DNA from: Podarcis vaucheri
Lineage: Eukaryota
Reading direction: 5' to 3' (one strand)
Assembly (NCBI GenBank): GCA_965113315.1
Contig: OZ220375.1
Length of the DNA: 64,000 bases
The notes under the pieces were generated by a model. The model saw only the letters and a list, made by a program, of their open reading frames with translations. It was not told where the DNA came from and did not search any database. Shown here piece by piece: positions 47,594 through 59,225 of this stretch. The first letter of the stretch is position 1, and every line of letters starts with the position of its first letter. The position numbers were made by a program, and so were the translations under genes.

Positions 47594-48571
47594 GTGCAGT
47601 TATATGAAAATAAACAACAGCTAAATCATACACGTGTAACTGAATTTATTCTTCTGGGCTTTGGAGATCACCACCAGCTACTGCTGATTCTTCTTTTCCT
47701 TTTGTTCCTTTTTATCTACATTGTGACGATGGCTGGGAACATCCTCATCATTTTACTAGTTGCCACTGACCGACACCTTCACACCCCAATGTACTTCTTC
47801 CTTGGGAACCTCTCATGCTTGGAGACCTTCTGCAGCTCAAACATCTTGCCAAGAATGTTATCCAGTTTCCTTACGGGAAGGAAAGTGATTTCAGTCAATG
47901 CATGTTTTGTGCAACATTACTTCTTTGGTTTTTTTGGAGGTGTGGAATGCTACTTATTATCAGCAATGTCCTATGACCGGTACTTAGCTATATGTAAACC
48001 TCTCCATTATGTCACCATGATGAATGGCAAATTGTGTTTCCAACTCATAGTCAGCTCTTGGTTTAGTGGTTTTCTATCAATTACTATGACAACGATTATC
48101 ATGTCCAAGTTAGTTTTCTGTGGTGACAATAAAATTGACCATTTCTTTTGTGACACCTTCCCCATCATAGAACTATTTTGTGGTGACACTAGCACGTTAA
48201 AGTGGTATATATATGTTTTATGCTCTGCATTCACCTTTCCCCCATCTATATTGACCTTCACATCATATACTTTCATAATTATAGCCATAATGAAAATCCC
48301 TTCTGCAACCGGAAAACAAAAAGCATTTTCTACCTGTTCCTCCCATCTCTTGGTAGTTACAATTTTCTATGGCACACTGATGGCTGTCTATGTGATTCCG
48401 AACACTGACAGACTGAATGCCCTTCACAAAGTCTTCTCTATCTGTTATACCATCTTGACTCCCATGATCAATCCCATCATATATAGTTTAAGAAATAAAG
48501 AAGTAAAGGAAGCATTGAGAAGACATATTTCATTCCTAGTAGTGCAAAATGAGAAGAAAAGACAGACTTAA
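47594..48571 (+). CDS. Olfactory receptor, main exon (begins with GTG after the acceptor)
   Basis: All OR motifs present, NHT sequon; no in-frame ATG until TM1. Confidence 0.93.
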   Translation: MQLYENKQQLNHTRVTEFILLGFGDHHQLLLILLFLLFLFIYIVTMAGNILIILLVATDRHLHTPMYFFLGNLSCLETFCSSNILPRMLSSFLTGRKVISVNACFVQHYFFGFFGGVECYLLSAMSYDRYLAICKPLHYVTMMNGKLCFQLIVSSWFSGFLSITMTTIIMSKLVFCGDNKIDHFFCDTFPIIELFCGDTSTLKWYIYVLCSAFTFPPSILTFTSYTFIIIAIMKIPSATGKQKAFSTCSSHLLVVTIFYGTLMAVYVIPNTDRLNALHKVFSICYTILTPMINPIIYSLRNKEVKEALRRHISFLVVQNEKKRQT

Positions 48572-49814
48572 GATTTGCTAAAGGTGTTCTTTTCTGAAAA
48601 GTGACTTCAAATTTTATAGCATCACTAAACATATATGTTTTCATTTTTATAGATAAATGTGCTCCTTTTTGTGCACATTAGAAAAACACACAAACACACT
48701 GAATGTGGAATGACAGAATCTGGACTAGTTCCATCCCAAATTTAGCAAATTTCTAGCCTCCTTCCACAGGCTGAATCTGGCTAGAGAACCTCAGAAATAC
48801 CTGGGTAGGCCTTGCTCTATATTTTCAGTCAGGAGAGAGGTACAAGTTTATAAGAAGCTACTTTTTCTTTCCCAGGAATCATGCATCTCTCTCACACAAC
48901 TAAACTTTGATGCTTTCACTTGGTTACTGCTAGATCAGAATGGTATGTGGGATTTTTCTAATCTTTTCTTCATTACCTTTTATCCTCCTGTTTTACCTTT
49001 CATTGTTGTCTTTTCCTCTCCCTCTCTCCCCTTGACCCCAAATCCTCTCCTGTCCTGGGAACTCAAGGTCTCTAACTTTTGCAATATTCCTACAAGATGC
49101 AGAGCTTTATATATATATGAAGTACATTTGTAATTGCTATGTAATCATATTGTAACAATGTTGTTGTTGATGACAATGATAACAGTAGTACAGTAGTCAC
49201 TCAATCATTTAATATTGATTTAGAACATGTATCTTGTTTTGATCACAATTTGTAGTTTTATTTTTGCAACAAGTTCACCTTTGGTGGGAATTAAGACTGA
49301 TTTTTTGGTGGGGTGTGCATGTGTGGTTTACCTTTTGTAGTTGTGGTATATATTTATCTTGGATTTAGTGTTTTGTTGAGTATTGTGTGTTCATTTTGTG
49401 TATTAATTTAGACTATTGGTGGCATTGAACAGGGGGAAATTAGCAACTTTAAAAAAATACAGGGCTGAAATGTACATCTTGCAGACTGAGGTGTCTGAAA
49501 ACAGATATGCTTTGCTTCCTTCCTGAAGAGATACAAAAATAGAGCAGATTTTTGTATCTCTTCAGGGAGATTCCACATCCACAGAGTAAATGTGGAAATG
49601 AATTATAATGATATCATAACTTCAGATGATATTGGCACATGGAACAAAGACTGTTGAATGTAAACAACAGTTGGGCGTATCTGGATAGAGGCAATCTGTC
49701 AGTTGTTTTAGTTTGGTTTGGCCTGTATCAAGCTTAAAACAAAAGAATTTACCACAGTTCACCTAGTTCTTCTGGGTGAAATTAGTTTTCTATCTACCTT
49801 GCAATTACTGAAGC

Positions 49815-50000
49815 ACCTGGGTAAATTCCCTCATGCCCCATATTCAGCTGAGGATCATCAGAATTATAGCAATGAAAGGATGTATTAAGAAAAAATGTTG
49901 CAGTGAAAGTGGCTAGGAGTACTTAAGTGAAGCTATAAATAAGACCACCCTTTGGCCTGACCTGACATTTCTACCTCAGATAGGTAGCTCCTAAGTGAGA
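49815..50000 (+). promoter_or_regulatory. Candidate V2R promoter
   Basis: TAAATTCCCTCATG 49822-49835, TATAAATA 49934-49941, donor-like ATAG|GTAG at ~49984. Confidence 0.35.
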
Positions 50001-50498
50001 TTGTGTTTTATAAGCAAGAGGGTTTATATTGAGATTATCTAGTTCATGTGTGGAATATGTTTTTCTAGCCTTCTCAAATCACTTCTTGACAAAATTCTTT
50101 GCATGTTCCATCTGGACCTCTGAGTTGGTCTTGAAATTTTATTTTTGGTGAAGCAGGTGGCAGCACAGAGGTATGAGGCACCTCTGAAAAAATATCCACT
50201 CATTTTAACCCTCCACCCTCTTCAAAATTCCTTGAATATTTCGCAGGAAACACCAAATTCATCTCAAACACCTTTCCCATTTGTGTCCAATTCAGAAGGC
50301 AGAAAGAGAGATAGATTGGAATGTATCTTCATTTGGAGGTTTTCTTCTATTACTTACTTCCTCAGTCTAGGCATGCATCAAAAATCCTTGTTCTTCCTCT
50401 CTCTTATTCAGTCATTCCTTTTTCTAAAGGCGTTACTTTCTTATCATAGCCCTGGGATACATGTGAAGGAAACATGCCCTGGCAGACCTTGTTCTGAA

Positions 50499-50716
50499 AT
50501 GCTCATGATGCTCTCTCTGGTATTCCTTTCGCTGCTGTTTCCAAATGTGGTAGGGAAGGAAACCCACTTTAAGTGTATACGTGAACACCGCTACCCAGAG
50601 GGATACCATAAAGATGGGGACTTCATTATTGGCGCACTTGTATCTCAGTTCCTTACATGGGACAAGCTAGAGGGATTCGATATTCAGCCTCCTCTTGCTT
50701 ACTCATTAGATCCATA
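50499..50716 (+). CDS. V2R exon 1 (signal peptide, [13 protein letters not shown])
   Basis: [19 protein letters not shown] hydrophobic leader; donor TA|GTAAGT (phase 2). The start is uncertain: there is another in-frame ATG at 50373. Confidence 0.85.
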
Positions 50717-53700
50717 GTAAGTCACTCTTCTTCCTTTAACTGTGTTAAAGTTGTTTCAAATATGTTGTGAAATGCTTCTTATAAAATAAAGAAAGTTCAT
50801 TTATTTCAATAAAGATGAATCGCTGTAAGGGTTTTGTTGTTGTTGTTTTTGGTGGGTATACAGACATGTTTCTTCATATTCTTCACACATACTTGAATAC
50901 ATATACAAAAATATTTAAATAAGGGCTAAACTGGGAAGATTTTTTTAAAAAACCTCTTCAGCAATTACATATATTTTCCCCAAACTACTCAATGATCACG
51001 CCAAACCAAGCTGGTATTTCTCTCCATTCCACACATTACGCAGAAGTAAACCTTGGTTTGCCTGTGAATGTTTACTCAACAGCTGCCAACAGTTGTGATT
51101 TCAATGGGGTGTACTTATGATCCAGTTCTATTTTGTTATGATTACTGTATTTTTTATAAGTGGTTTCTTGCAATTACTCTTGAAATTAAATTTTGCAGTG
51201 TGTGTGCATGTGTGGTGGTAATGGAATACTGCATCTTCTGTGCATTTACAGAATTAATTCTCATTGCAGTCCCTTGACTCGCAATTATCAACATGTTCTT
51301 GCCTTGGTCTATGCAGTAGAGGAGATAAACAAGAACCCCAATCTACTACCCAACATGACTCTGGGATTTCACACCCATGAAAACTATTTCAATGCAAGGA
51401 AAACATATGAATGTTCATTAAGTATCCTTTCAGGAAGAGGCAGAACAGTTCCGAACTACACCTGCAGGAAACAGAACAACTTAATAGCTGTTATTGGAGG
51501 GCTAAAGTCCATGTCATCCATTCAGATGTCAACTGTCTTAGGTTTATACAAGATACCACAGGTGTGTATATTGGGAGAGACTTTCATGATAGAACATTCA
51601 GACATCCAGATCTTCTTTTGGCATATTAGCGATATTAGACAGTTTATATGTGAGCGCGCTTTCACCACCAATAGGAAGGATGTTGGGATGTAAATTAATA
51701 TGGAAATGTGTGATACTTTGTTTGTGACTCTAAGTGAAAAGGGTACTTGTCTTCTTTCCCCCTCATTTTAGATCAGCTACGGATCATCTGATGAAGTATT
51801 GAGAAGTAAAACCCTTTTCCCATTTTTCTACCGGACTGTCTCAAATGAAGGTCTTCAGACCTTAGGAATAACCAAATTAGTTTTGCATTTTGATTGGACG
51901 TGGATTGGCCTCATAGCATCTTATAATGATCAAGGTGAAACCTTTGTCCTGAACTTGAAGAAGGAATTTGTCCAAAAGGGTGTGTGCATTGAATTTACAG
52001 AAATGCTTCCCAAAATGCTTGATAAAACTATGCATATAAAAAATAAAATAATTAAGTCATCCTCCAGTATCATTGTGGTGTATGGAGATACAGATTTCCT
52101 CATCTGGGTAAAGATAACTATTGAAAGTTCTGCAGTTTCAGGGAAGGTTTTAATCATCACATCCCAATGGGACTTCCTATCTAGTGTCTCTTATTTGCAT
52201 ATGGGATTTTCTTCCTTCAGTGGCACCTTGTCATTTGCTCTCCATAAACATGAAATTGTGGGATTTCGCCATTTTCTTCAGAACATAACCCTCAGCAAAT
52301 ACCCAGATGATGTCTTTCTGCCACATTTTTGGGGGGCTGCATTCAGCTGTTTCATTCCATCACTAGATTCAGGCAGCATGTTTTGGCAACTATGTACTGG
52401 AAATGAAAGGATTAAGGATTTGCCTAAGTACAAATTTGATTTGCAAACATTGGACTTGAGCTACAATATATACAAAGCTGTTTATGCCATCGCAAAATCT
52501 TTACATGAAATGTATTCATCCAGATACATCTCAACAAAGATGGAGAACAGATCAAGACCAAAGATGCATAAAATTAAGCCATGGAAGGTAGTAAGAATAT
52601 TTACTTTCTACTTATTTAAGGTTATGAGCAATTGCTGCTAGCTTCTGTTTCCACTAAAGAAAAGTATGTCTCAGGGTGGATCTGTGTTAACAAAGGAATA
52701 TTATTATTCAAGGTTTCCATTTGCTGAGAAATTGAAAGATGAATGACAGCAATGATGGTCTCCAGCTTAAAGAAGGGGCAACCAAATTTTCAGTTTTCCA
52801 AAAACCCACCTGTTCCCACCAATGAAACAATTCAGTTGCAGTTGCACTTTCTACTACTTGCTTTAGTGTGTTCTTGTTAGTCAGATTACTATTGTTCTTC
52901 AAACTGTTTTTCCAGTGGCGGCAATCGTGGCTCTGCGTGGCCATGGGAAAACCAGGGGTTCTCACCTGCATGACCACCAGCAGCAATAACAGCTTTTACC
53001 AGTAGCAGGGACTTCTGGGACATCTCTCCAAACTTCAGATTGGCCAATAGTGAGTGTGGTTTGGGAGATGAACATGAGGGAGCTAGTCTCCACTCAGATC
53101 CATCGCCGTTGCATAAATTCTTGCTGTGCTTTGAGTGGCCTTTGAGTTTGCTGTGGAATTAATCAGTTGCTGTATTAAGGGTCAGGGAGGAATTTGCCTG
53201 CAGACAAATTAAGCCTGTCTGGAGTTTTTGCCTACCTCATAGCAACAGTCACAACTTTTGGCAGAAAAGGCATTGGGTTGTGTCAGTGAAGCTCAGATGC
53301 TGACAGTAGAAGAAGAACCAGGCATAGACATAGAACAGTTAACTGCAGAAGACAGAGAGGAGGGGGAGAGCAGCTGTAATCTGAGCTCTGAACAAAGGGG
53401 AGACAAAAGACAGGGCCAAAGTGACAGGCGGCTGTGTGAGAGCTCAAATAGTGAGTTAGATGTTGGAATGCAGGAAGCATTCTCTCCCAAATCTCGCAGG
53501 ATCTCAAAAGTGGCTGAGATGTGTGAAAGATACTGGAAAAGAAGGTGGGGGTTTTCGTGCTGGGGAAGGGGGAGGAGCTCAGTCCGGGCAACTCCATCTT
53601 CTGGGGAGGATGATGAGTAGAGGAGCTCTGTTCTAATTTGTTGTTTTAGCAATAAATCTGAAATAATTAACAGCCAGAGTTGTCTCGCATTTGTGGGAGA

Positions 53701-56700
53701 GACCAAGCCATAACAGGTTGGATCCTTAGTCAAAACTGCAACAAAATGTTAAGGGTACTCTGGTAAAGGGGTCCATGATAAAAGTTTTGATGATTAGCCC
53801 CAGATAGGGGCTAATGGGAGATAAAACATCCCAAATCATGGCCTGCAATACTACTCTGTCCATGTGTTTCAATTAACTGGAGAGATCATGCTCATGGTCC
53901 CACAACTGGGGGTGGCTCATTGAGTGATTACAAAAGACAGGACCTTTCCAGTGGTGACCCTCGGTCTCTGGAATTCCATCCTTGAGGAAATATGGATAGT
54001 CTGTCATTGGTGGCATTTAGAAGCCAGTTAAAGTTTTATCCATTTGCTTGGGCCTTTAAGACCCAGTAGTTGAAAATGCTTGAAAACTTTTTCCAAGTTT
54101 GTGTTTTTAGAGTCTTAATAGTGTTATGAATGCTTTGTGATGATGTTTTTAATTACATTGTTCCCAACTTGGAGGACTTGCAGTATGCACATAAAAGCAA
54201 ATCATACATAAAAATAAAAGTATTACCCTTACTTCCCATTACAAAAACACACACCAGAAGAACCACATTGTCTTCAAAAATGACTTTAAAAATAACAATA
54301 GCTTGCATCCAGACTAAATTAGTTGTACTTAGTTCCCACCAAAATCAATAGGATTTAACATTAGTCATGATTAAAATATCACATAGATTTCACATAGATT
54401 TCATATTGACTCAAGTTTGGGTGTAATATTTGTCTTCCACATTTGAAATTAACCAAACAATTACTTTGGCTTGCCAGGTAACTTGGTTCAACAGCTGTGG
54501 ATCCATCACCGTGAAAGCCCTGCTCTGAGCACAAGAAGAGTCCATGTCTAAAAATGAAAGTGCCGAGAGTCAGGCTTCTGCAACATAGTTCATAGAATCA
54601 TAGAATAGAATAGAATAGAATAGAATCATAGAGTTGGAAGAGACCACAAGGGCCATCGAGTCCAACCCCCTCCCAAGCAGGAAACACCATCAGAGCACTC
54701 CTGACATATGGTTGTCAAGCCTCTGCTTAAAGACCTCCAAAGTAGGAGACTCCACCACACTCCTTGGCAGCAAATTCCACTGTCGAACAGCTCTTACTGT
54801 CAGGAAGTTCTTCCTAATGTTTAGGTGGAATCTTCTTTCTTGTAGTTTGGATCCATTGCTCCGTGTCCGCTTCATAACTTTATTACTCCAAGCATGTATA
54901 CAGAGGATGTCTGTACAGGTCTAATGTTTTTATTATTTGGGATATGAATGCAAAAATGCTATTGCAGTATATTAAAAAATGTTGCTTGCATTTGAGCAAA
55001 AAATACTGACCATTGTGCATTTCCTTCTTTTAATTGATCATGCTATGCAGCTGCATCCTTTTCTGAAGGAAGTCAGATATCATATTACTTCAACAGATGA
55101 TGTCTTTTTTGATGAGAGGGGGGAATCAACATCTGGATATGACATTCTCAATTGGTTTACCCTACCAAACGATACCTTAATTAACAGGAAAGTTGGTAGA
55201 GTCTACATGCACCATCCATCAATTGAACCATTTTTCTTTATAAATTCAACAAGAATTGTTTGGCAAAAGAATTTCAAGAAAGTAAGAATTGCTATGGGGT
55301 TGTTGTTGTGGGTTTTTTTGTTTTGTTTTTTATTTTAATCACTGATAATTAATATAATATACTACTATTCACTAGCAATTTCTCCCCCTACCACACTAAG
55401 TAGTAATTTCATACATCTTTACATCTTTTAAACTGAATGCAATTGTAGATGATAATCAGAAAATCTGTCTATTTCTGCTCCATCATACTTTTGCATTTCT
55501 TTAAAGTATATTCGCTCAAAATATGTATTTAAATATGGAAAAAAATATACACCTGCCCCATACTTTCTGTCTTGACTGACGTGAATCAGCAGGGCTTGAG
55601 ATAGAATCATAGAGTTGGAAGGGATTCCATGGGCCATCTAGTCAAACCCCCTGAAATGCAGGAATGCAGTGGTTTTAAACTCTGACTGAACATGGAGTCA
55701 GCAAGATGGGGGAAGGAGACACTGCATCTCCTTTTCTCCCTCTCAACCACATGTTTAATTAGGTTTTCAAGCCTATTTAAGTGTTAGGCCTCCCTAGGGC
55801 TTGGTTCCAGGATAAATCAGGGCTGATAGGAAGCCCTGGATCAGCCCCAAAATCAGAATGGGAGTCCTGTGTGCAGCTTCAATAAATGCACATTGCATTT
55901 GACCCATGGAAATGTCCACAAATATACAGATTCCCAGTAAAGTACAAAAGAATAAAAAATACATCTGCAGCCTTCATTTGAGCCATTTATTTTGTTTTCC
56001 CAGATATATAAAGTTCGCTTATATTCACAAAAAGCATATGGTCTTTCAGTAATCTCTTTCACATGCTGACATGAACCATTGCTTTCCCCCATCATTTTTG
56101 TGAATCTCTATTCTATTTTTTTCCTATATAAATAAAACATATTTTTATTAAAGATTTCTTGGTTTACAAAAGTACGTGCAATGTCTCTTTTTTCAAGTTA
56201 CATTTTCTACAGATCAGTTTCATTTGTTGAGACATTAGTGTTACCTGAGGAAAAAAAGGGGGAAAGAGGTGGAGGGGGGCATGTTGAGTGGGGGTGGGGT
56301 CGGGTGGCAATGTTTCTATTCTACTTAACATATGTGTGAGGTTTTGTGTCAGCGTTGCTTGTGTGGGTTTTCTTTACTCTTCGCTTGTGTTCCTTTGGTT
56401 GTGAGAGAGGTTGGGGTTGGCCTAAGGTGTGGTTGTTTGTTTGTGATTGGCTGTGGTGAACTTCGTTTTCATGTTGTTTTAGGTTCCACAATCTATCTGC
56501 ACCAAGAGCTGCCTTGAAGGTCAGCATAAGATAGCCATTGAAGGGAATCCTGTCTGTTGCTTTGCTTGTTCTCCATGCCCAGAAGGAACATTTTCTAACT
56601 ACAGAAGTAAGAGCTATGGAGAGATCATGTCTTGCAAAAACCTTAAATATAGTCAATGTCCTGTGAATTTCAGACCCACACATATAGCTCTGAAAAATCA

Positions 56701-58733
56701 GGAGTGACTTCGTTCTTTGCAAATGCTCTGTATGCAAATACTGTATGACATGTAAAGAAGGGTGTTTTTGTTTGTTTGTTTACAATTCATTCATTTTATC
56801 AGAAGGCATCATCATAACCTATTTGATTAGAAAGAAGTGGTCTCAGAATTTTATCTAGCCCAGCCTTCCCCAACCTCTTGCCCTCCAAATGTTCTAAACT
56901 ATAGCACCCATCACTCCCAGCCAGGATGATCCAAAACATTGGGAGGGCATGAGGTTGGGGAAGGGTGATCTAGTTAGTGAGTATAGGCCTTAAGATACTT
57001 GAAAGTGAGTTGGAGACATAGTTTCATGTCAGGCATAAAATCATTTATTTTGACTCACTGTTTCTGTTTCTGATGCAATAGAAAAGCCCAGCAAAACTGT
57101 TTACTTGATGTGACAGTGAAATGAGTGTGGTGCAAACTGCATGGGAAAAAATTTAATACTACCTTCAATGTCTAGCGGAGAGGACACCTATGATTTTTCT
57201 ACAGCCTGATTAAACAAACAAGTGCATATATTTTGTTGTATTAATCTCAGTGGAATCAATATACTAGTTTATCTTAAATTTAAGTCCTGGAGAGTTTAGT
57301 TGGCTTGTGGTTCATTCTCTAATGCAGGGAGGGCCAACCGAAGACCAATTCATGACCCAGCATACTTCTACTGCAGAAACATGGGGGTGGTTGGAACATG
57401 AGCTCTGGCCACTAAACCCCAGAGGGGACATATGGGTGCAGGAGAGATCAGAAGAAGCCCCAAGCTGCCAAACTCACACATTATGACATTTTTTAAAGAG
57501 GATGCTGGCACCAGTGCCACTGCTGCTACTAAGATAAGCAGATCCCCCTCATCTGAACAACTGAGTTTACTTTCCAACCTAAGGGAGATGGAGCTCAGTT
57601 TTCGGTGTGAATCCCAAAACTGGGCAAACAGTTTGTAACTACAGGAGGGAGACACATGCACCTTTAGAGAATATTATCAAACTATCAGGAGCTCACACTG
57701 CATGCCATGTCCGTTGCTGAGACTAAAATGGATTGTCTTTCCATCACTTCAGTTGGATGTCCTGGCTGCAAAACATCCCCCCCTCAATTTTAATGTTTCT
57801 TCCTTTCATTCAGATGCAGATCGTTGTGAGAAATGCCCAGAAGATCAGTACCCAAATCCAGATAAAACAAACTGCATTCCAAAGTCAGTCACATTTTTGT
57901 CATTTCATGAGCCTTTGGGGATTGGTTTGGCTGGGACAGCTGGTTCCCTTTTTCTTATCACAATTTTGGTGCTAGGGGTTTTTATTAAGAACCAGGATAC
58001 TCCCATTGTAAAAGCCAACAATCGGAATCTTACCTACACCCTTCTCGTTACCCTGATGCTCTGCTTTCTTTGTTCCTTCCTATTTATTGGTCAGCCTGGA
58101 AAAGTGACTTGCCTTCTCCGACAAACTACTTTTGGGATTATATTTTCTGCCTCTATTTCATGTGTCCTGGCAAAGACTGTCACTGTGGTTCTGGCTTTCA
58201 TGGCCACTAAGCCTGGAAATAAGATTAGGAAATGGAATGGAACAAAATTGACAAACTCCATCACTCTTTTCTGTACCCTTGCTCAAGTTATCATCTGTAT
58301 TGCCTGGCTTAAATCCTCTCCTCCATTCCCTGATTTTGACTTTGAATCTGAGGCTAATCACATAGTAATCCAGTGTAATGAAGGAGCTGCCCATATGTTC
58401 TACACAGTCCTTGGTTACATGGCCTTTCTTGCTATTGTAAGCTTCTCTGTAGCTTTTCTAGCCAGGAAGCTGCCAGACATTTTCAATGAAGCCAAGTTCA
58501 TCACCTTCAGCATGCTGATTTTTTGCAGCATTTGGATCTCATTTATTCCCACATATTTCAGCACTAAAGGGAAGTTTATGGTGGCTGTGGAGGTCTTCTC
58601 CATTTTAGCCTCCAGTGCAGGCTTGCTGGGGTGCATCTTCTTCCCCAAAGTCTACATTATTGTCATGAGGCCTGACCAGAACACCAAAAGGAAGTTACTA
58701 AAGAAATCAAATGCTGGAACAAATGAGTTATAA
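50499..58733 (+). CDS. Vomeronasal type-2 receptor (V2R, class C GPCR), complete six-exon gene, 866 aa
   Basis: join(50499-50716,51270-51561,51772-52587,55051-55281,56483-56606,57814-58733) = 2601 nt. All introns are GT-AG and the frame stays open. Encodes a signal peptide, Venus-flytrap domain, Cys-rich domain and class C 7TM. Confidence 0.94.
51270..51561 (+). CDS. V2R exon 2 (292 nt)
   Basis: ttgcag|T...CAG|gtgtgt; [29 protein letters not shown]...LYKIPQ. Confidence 0.93.
51772..52587 (+). CDS. V2R exon 3 (816 nt)
   Basis: ttttag|ATC...AAG|gtagta; ISYG...FPFFYRTV...HFDWTWIGL...[14 protein letters not shown]...KPWK. Confidence 0.93.
53281..53715 (+). mobile_element. Solo LTR (435 bp) in V2R intron 3
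   Basis: TGT...ACA ends, perfect 5-bp TSD GGTTG (53276-53280 / 53716-53720), AATAAA at 53651. Confidence 0.88.
53900..54215 (+). mobile_element. L2-like LINE 3' fragment (old)
   Basis: GACAGGACCTTTCCAGTGGTGACCCTCGGTCTCTGGAATTCC resembles the L2 ORF2 end (RAFSVVAPxLWNSLP); A-rich tail. Confidence 0.5.
54591..54870 (-). mobile_element. CR1 LINE 3' end in V2R intron 3
   Basis: [45 protein letters not shown]; (ATTCT)n tail; TTCATA at both junctions. Confidence 0.92.
55051..55281 (+). CDS. V2R exon 4 (231 nt)
   Basis: atgcag|CTG...AAA|gtaaga; LHPFLKEV...FFDERGE...GYDILNW...KVGR. Confidence 0.92.
56141..56470 (-). mobile_element. Possible L1-like 3' UTR fragment in V2R intron 4
   Basis: Begins TTTTTATTAAAG (AATAAA plus A-tail on the minus strand); G/T-skewed body unlike the flanks. 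Confidence 0.35.
56483..56606 (+). CDS. V2R exon 5 (124 nt, Cys-rich domain; not in the ORF track)
   Basis: ttttag|GTT...A|gtaaga; [41 protein letters not shown]. Confidence 0.93.
56861..56967. mobile_element. hAT/Charlie-type MITE
   Basis: CAGCCTTCCCCAACCT...AGGTTGGGGAAGGGTG termini; flanks ATCTAGCC / ATCTAGTT. Confidence 0.8.
57814..58733 (+). CDS. V2R exon 6 (7TM domain)
   Basis: attcag|AT; [11 protein letters not shown]...TPIVKANN...[20 protein letters not shown]...[11 protein letters not shown]...FFPK. AATAAA at 58735-58740 just after the stop. Confidence 0.96.
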
Positions 58734-59160
58734 GAATAAAAGACTCTTTTGCTCTTAAATTCCTAGCAAGGAAAGAAGGACTCTTGGAAAACATGTCCAA
58801 AAAAATCATCATTATGTGCCATCATTCCCATAGTCATTCAGATCAAGTAGTGCAGTAGAGTACAGCCCCCAGCAACCCAAATGCTTCTTCATATTTTGGA
58901 GCAAAGGAAAAGAATATGCAAAACCACTTAATCTAATGACAAAGGTATCTTTGTCATTTTCAGAAATGTATCCCATTCACCTACCATTTCTTGCCAAAAA
59001 GAAAAGCCAGACTAATATTTCTGGTGAAAACTATCATGAAGGTAAGGCCATAGAGAGGATGCATAACAAAAACAACTTTAATACAAATTGTTATGAAGTG
59101 AGAAACAACTGACACAAGCACACAGTGCCTGAGAGATGATACAGGTAGTTCCTGGTCAAT

Positions 59161-59178
59161 ATGATGATGATGATGATG

Positions 59179-59225
<47 letters not shown>
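59161..59225. repeat. Compound (ATG)n(ATA)n microsatellite, probably a LINE tail
   Basis: Seen directly; followed by TTATACACCACCTATCTGGCTGGGTTTCCCCAGCCA. Confidence 0.95.

Noticed and set aside
50145-50372. Long N-terminal extension of the V2R exon 1 ORF in the track
   Set aside because: Starts at TTG and has no V2R-like sequence; probably intron or UTR that happens to be open
50715-50717. Apparent premature stop (TAG) after V2R exon 1
   Set aside because: Its G is the first base of the GTAAGT donor; splicing gives TAT (Tyr)
53258-53733. Three overlapping 104-146 aa ORFs, one acidic
   Set aside because: They coincide with the solo LTR and reflect its purine bias
57702-57813. Stand-alone 343-aa 7TM ORF with its own ATG
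   Set aside because: The first 37 codons are intron 5 including the polypyrimidine tract; the real exon starts at 57814
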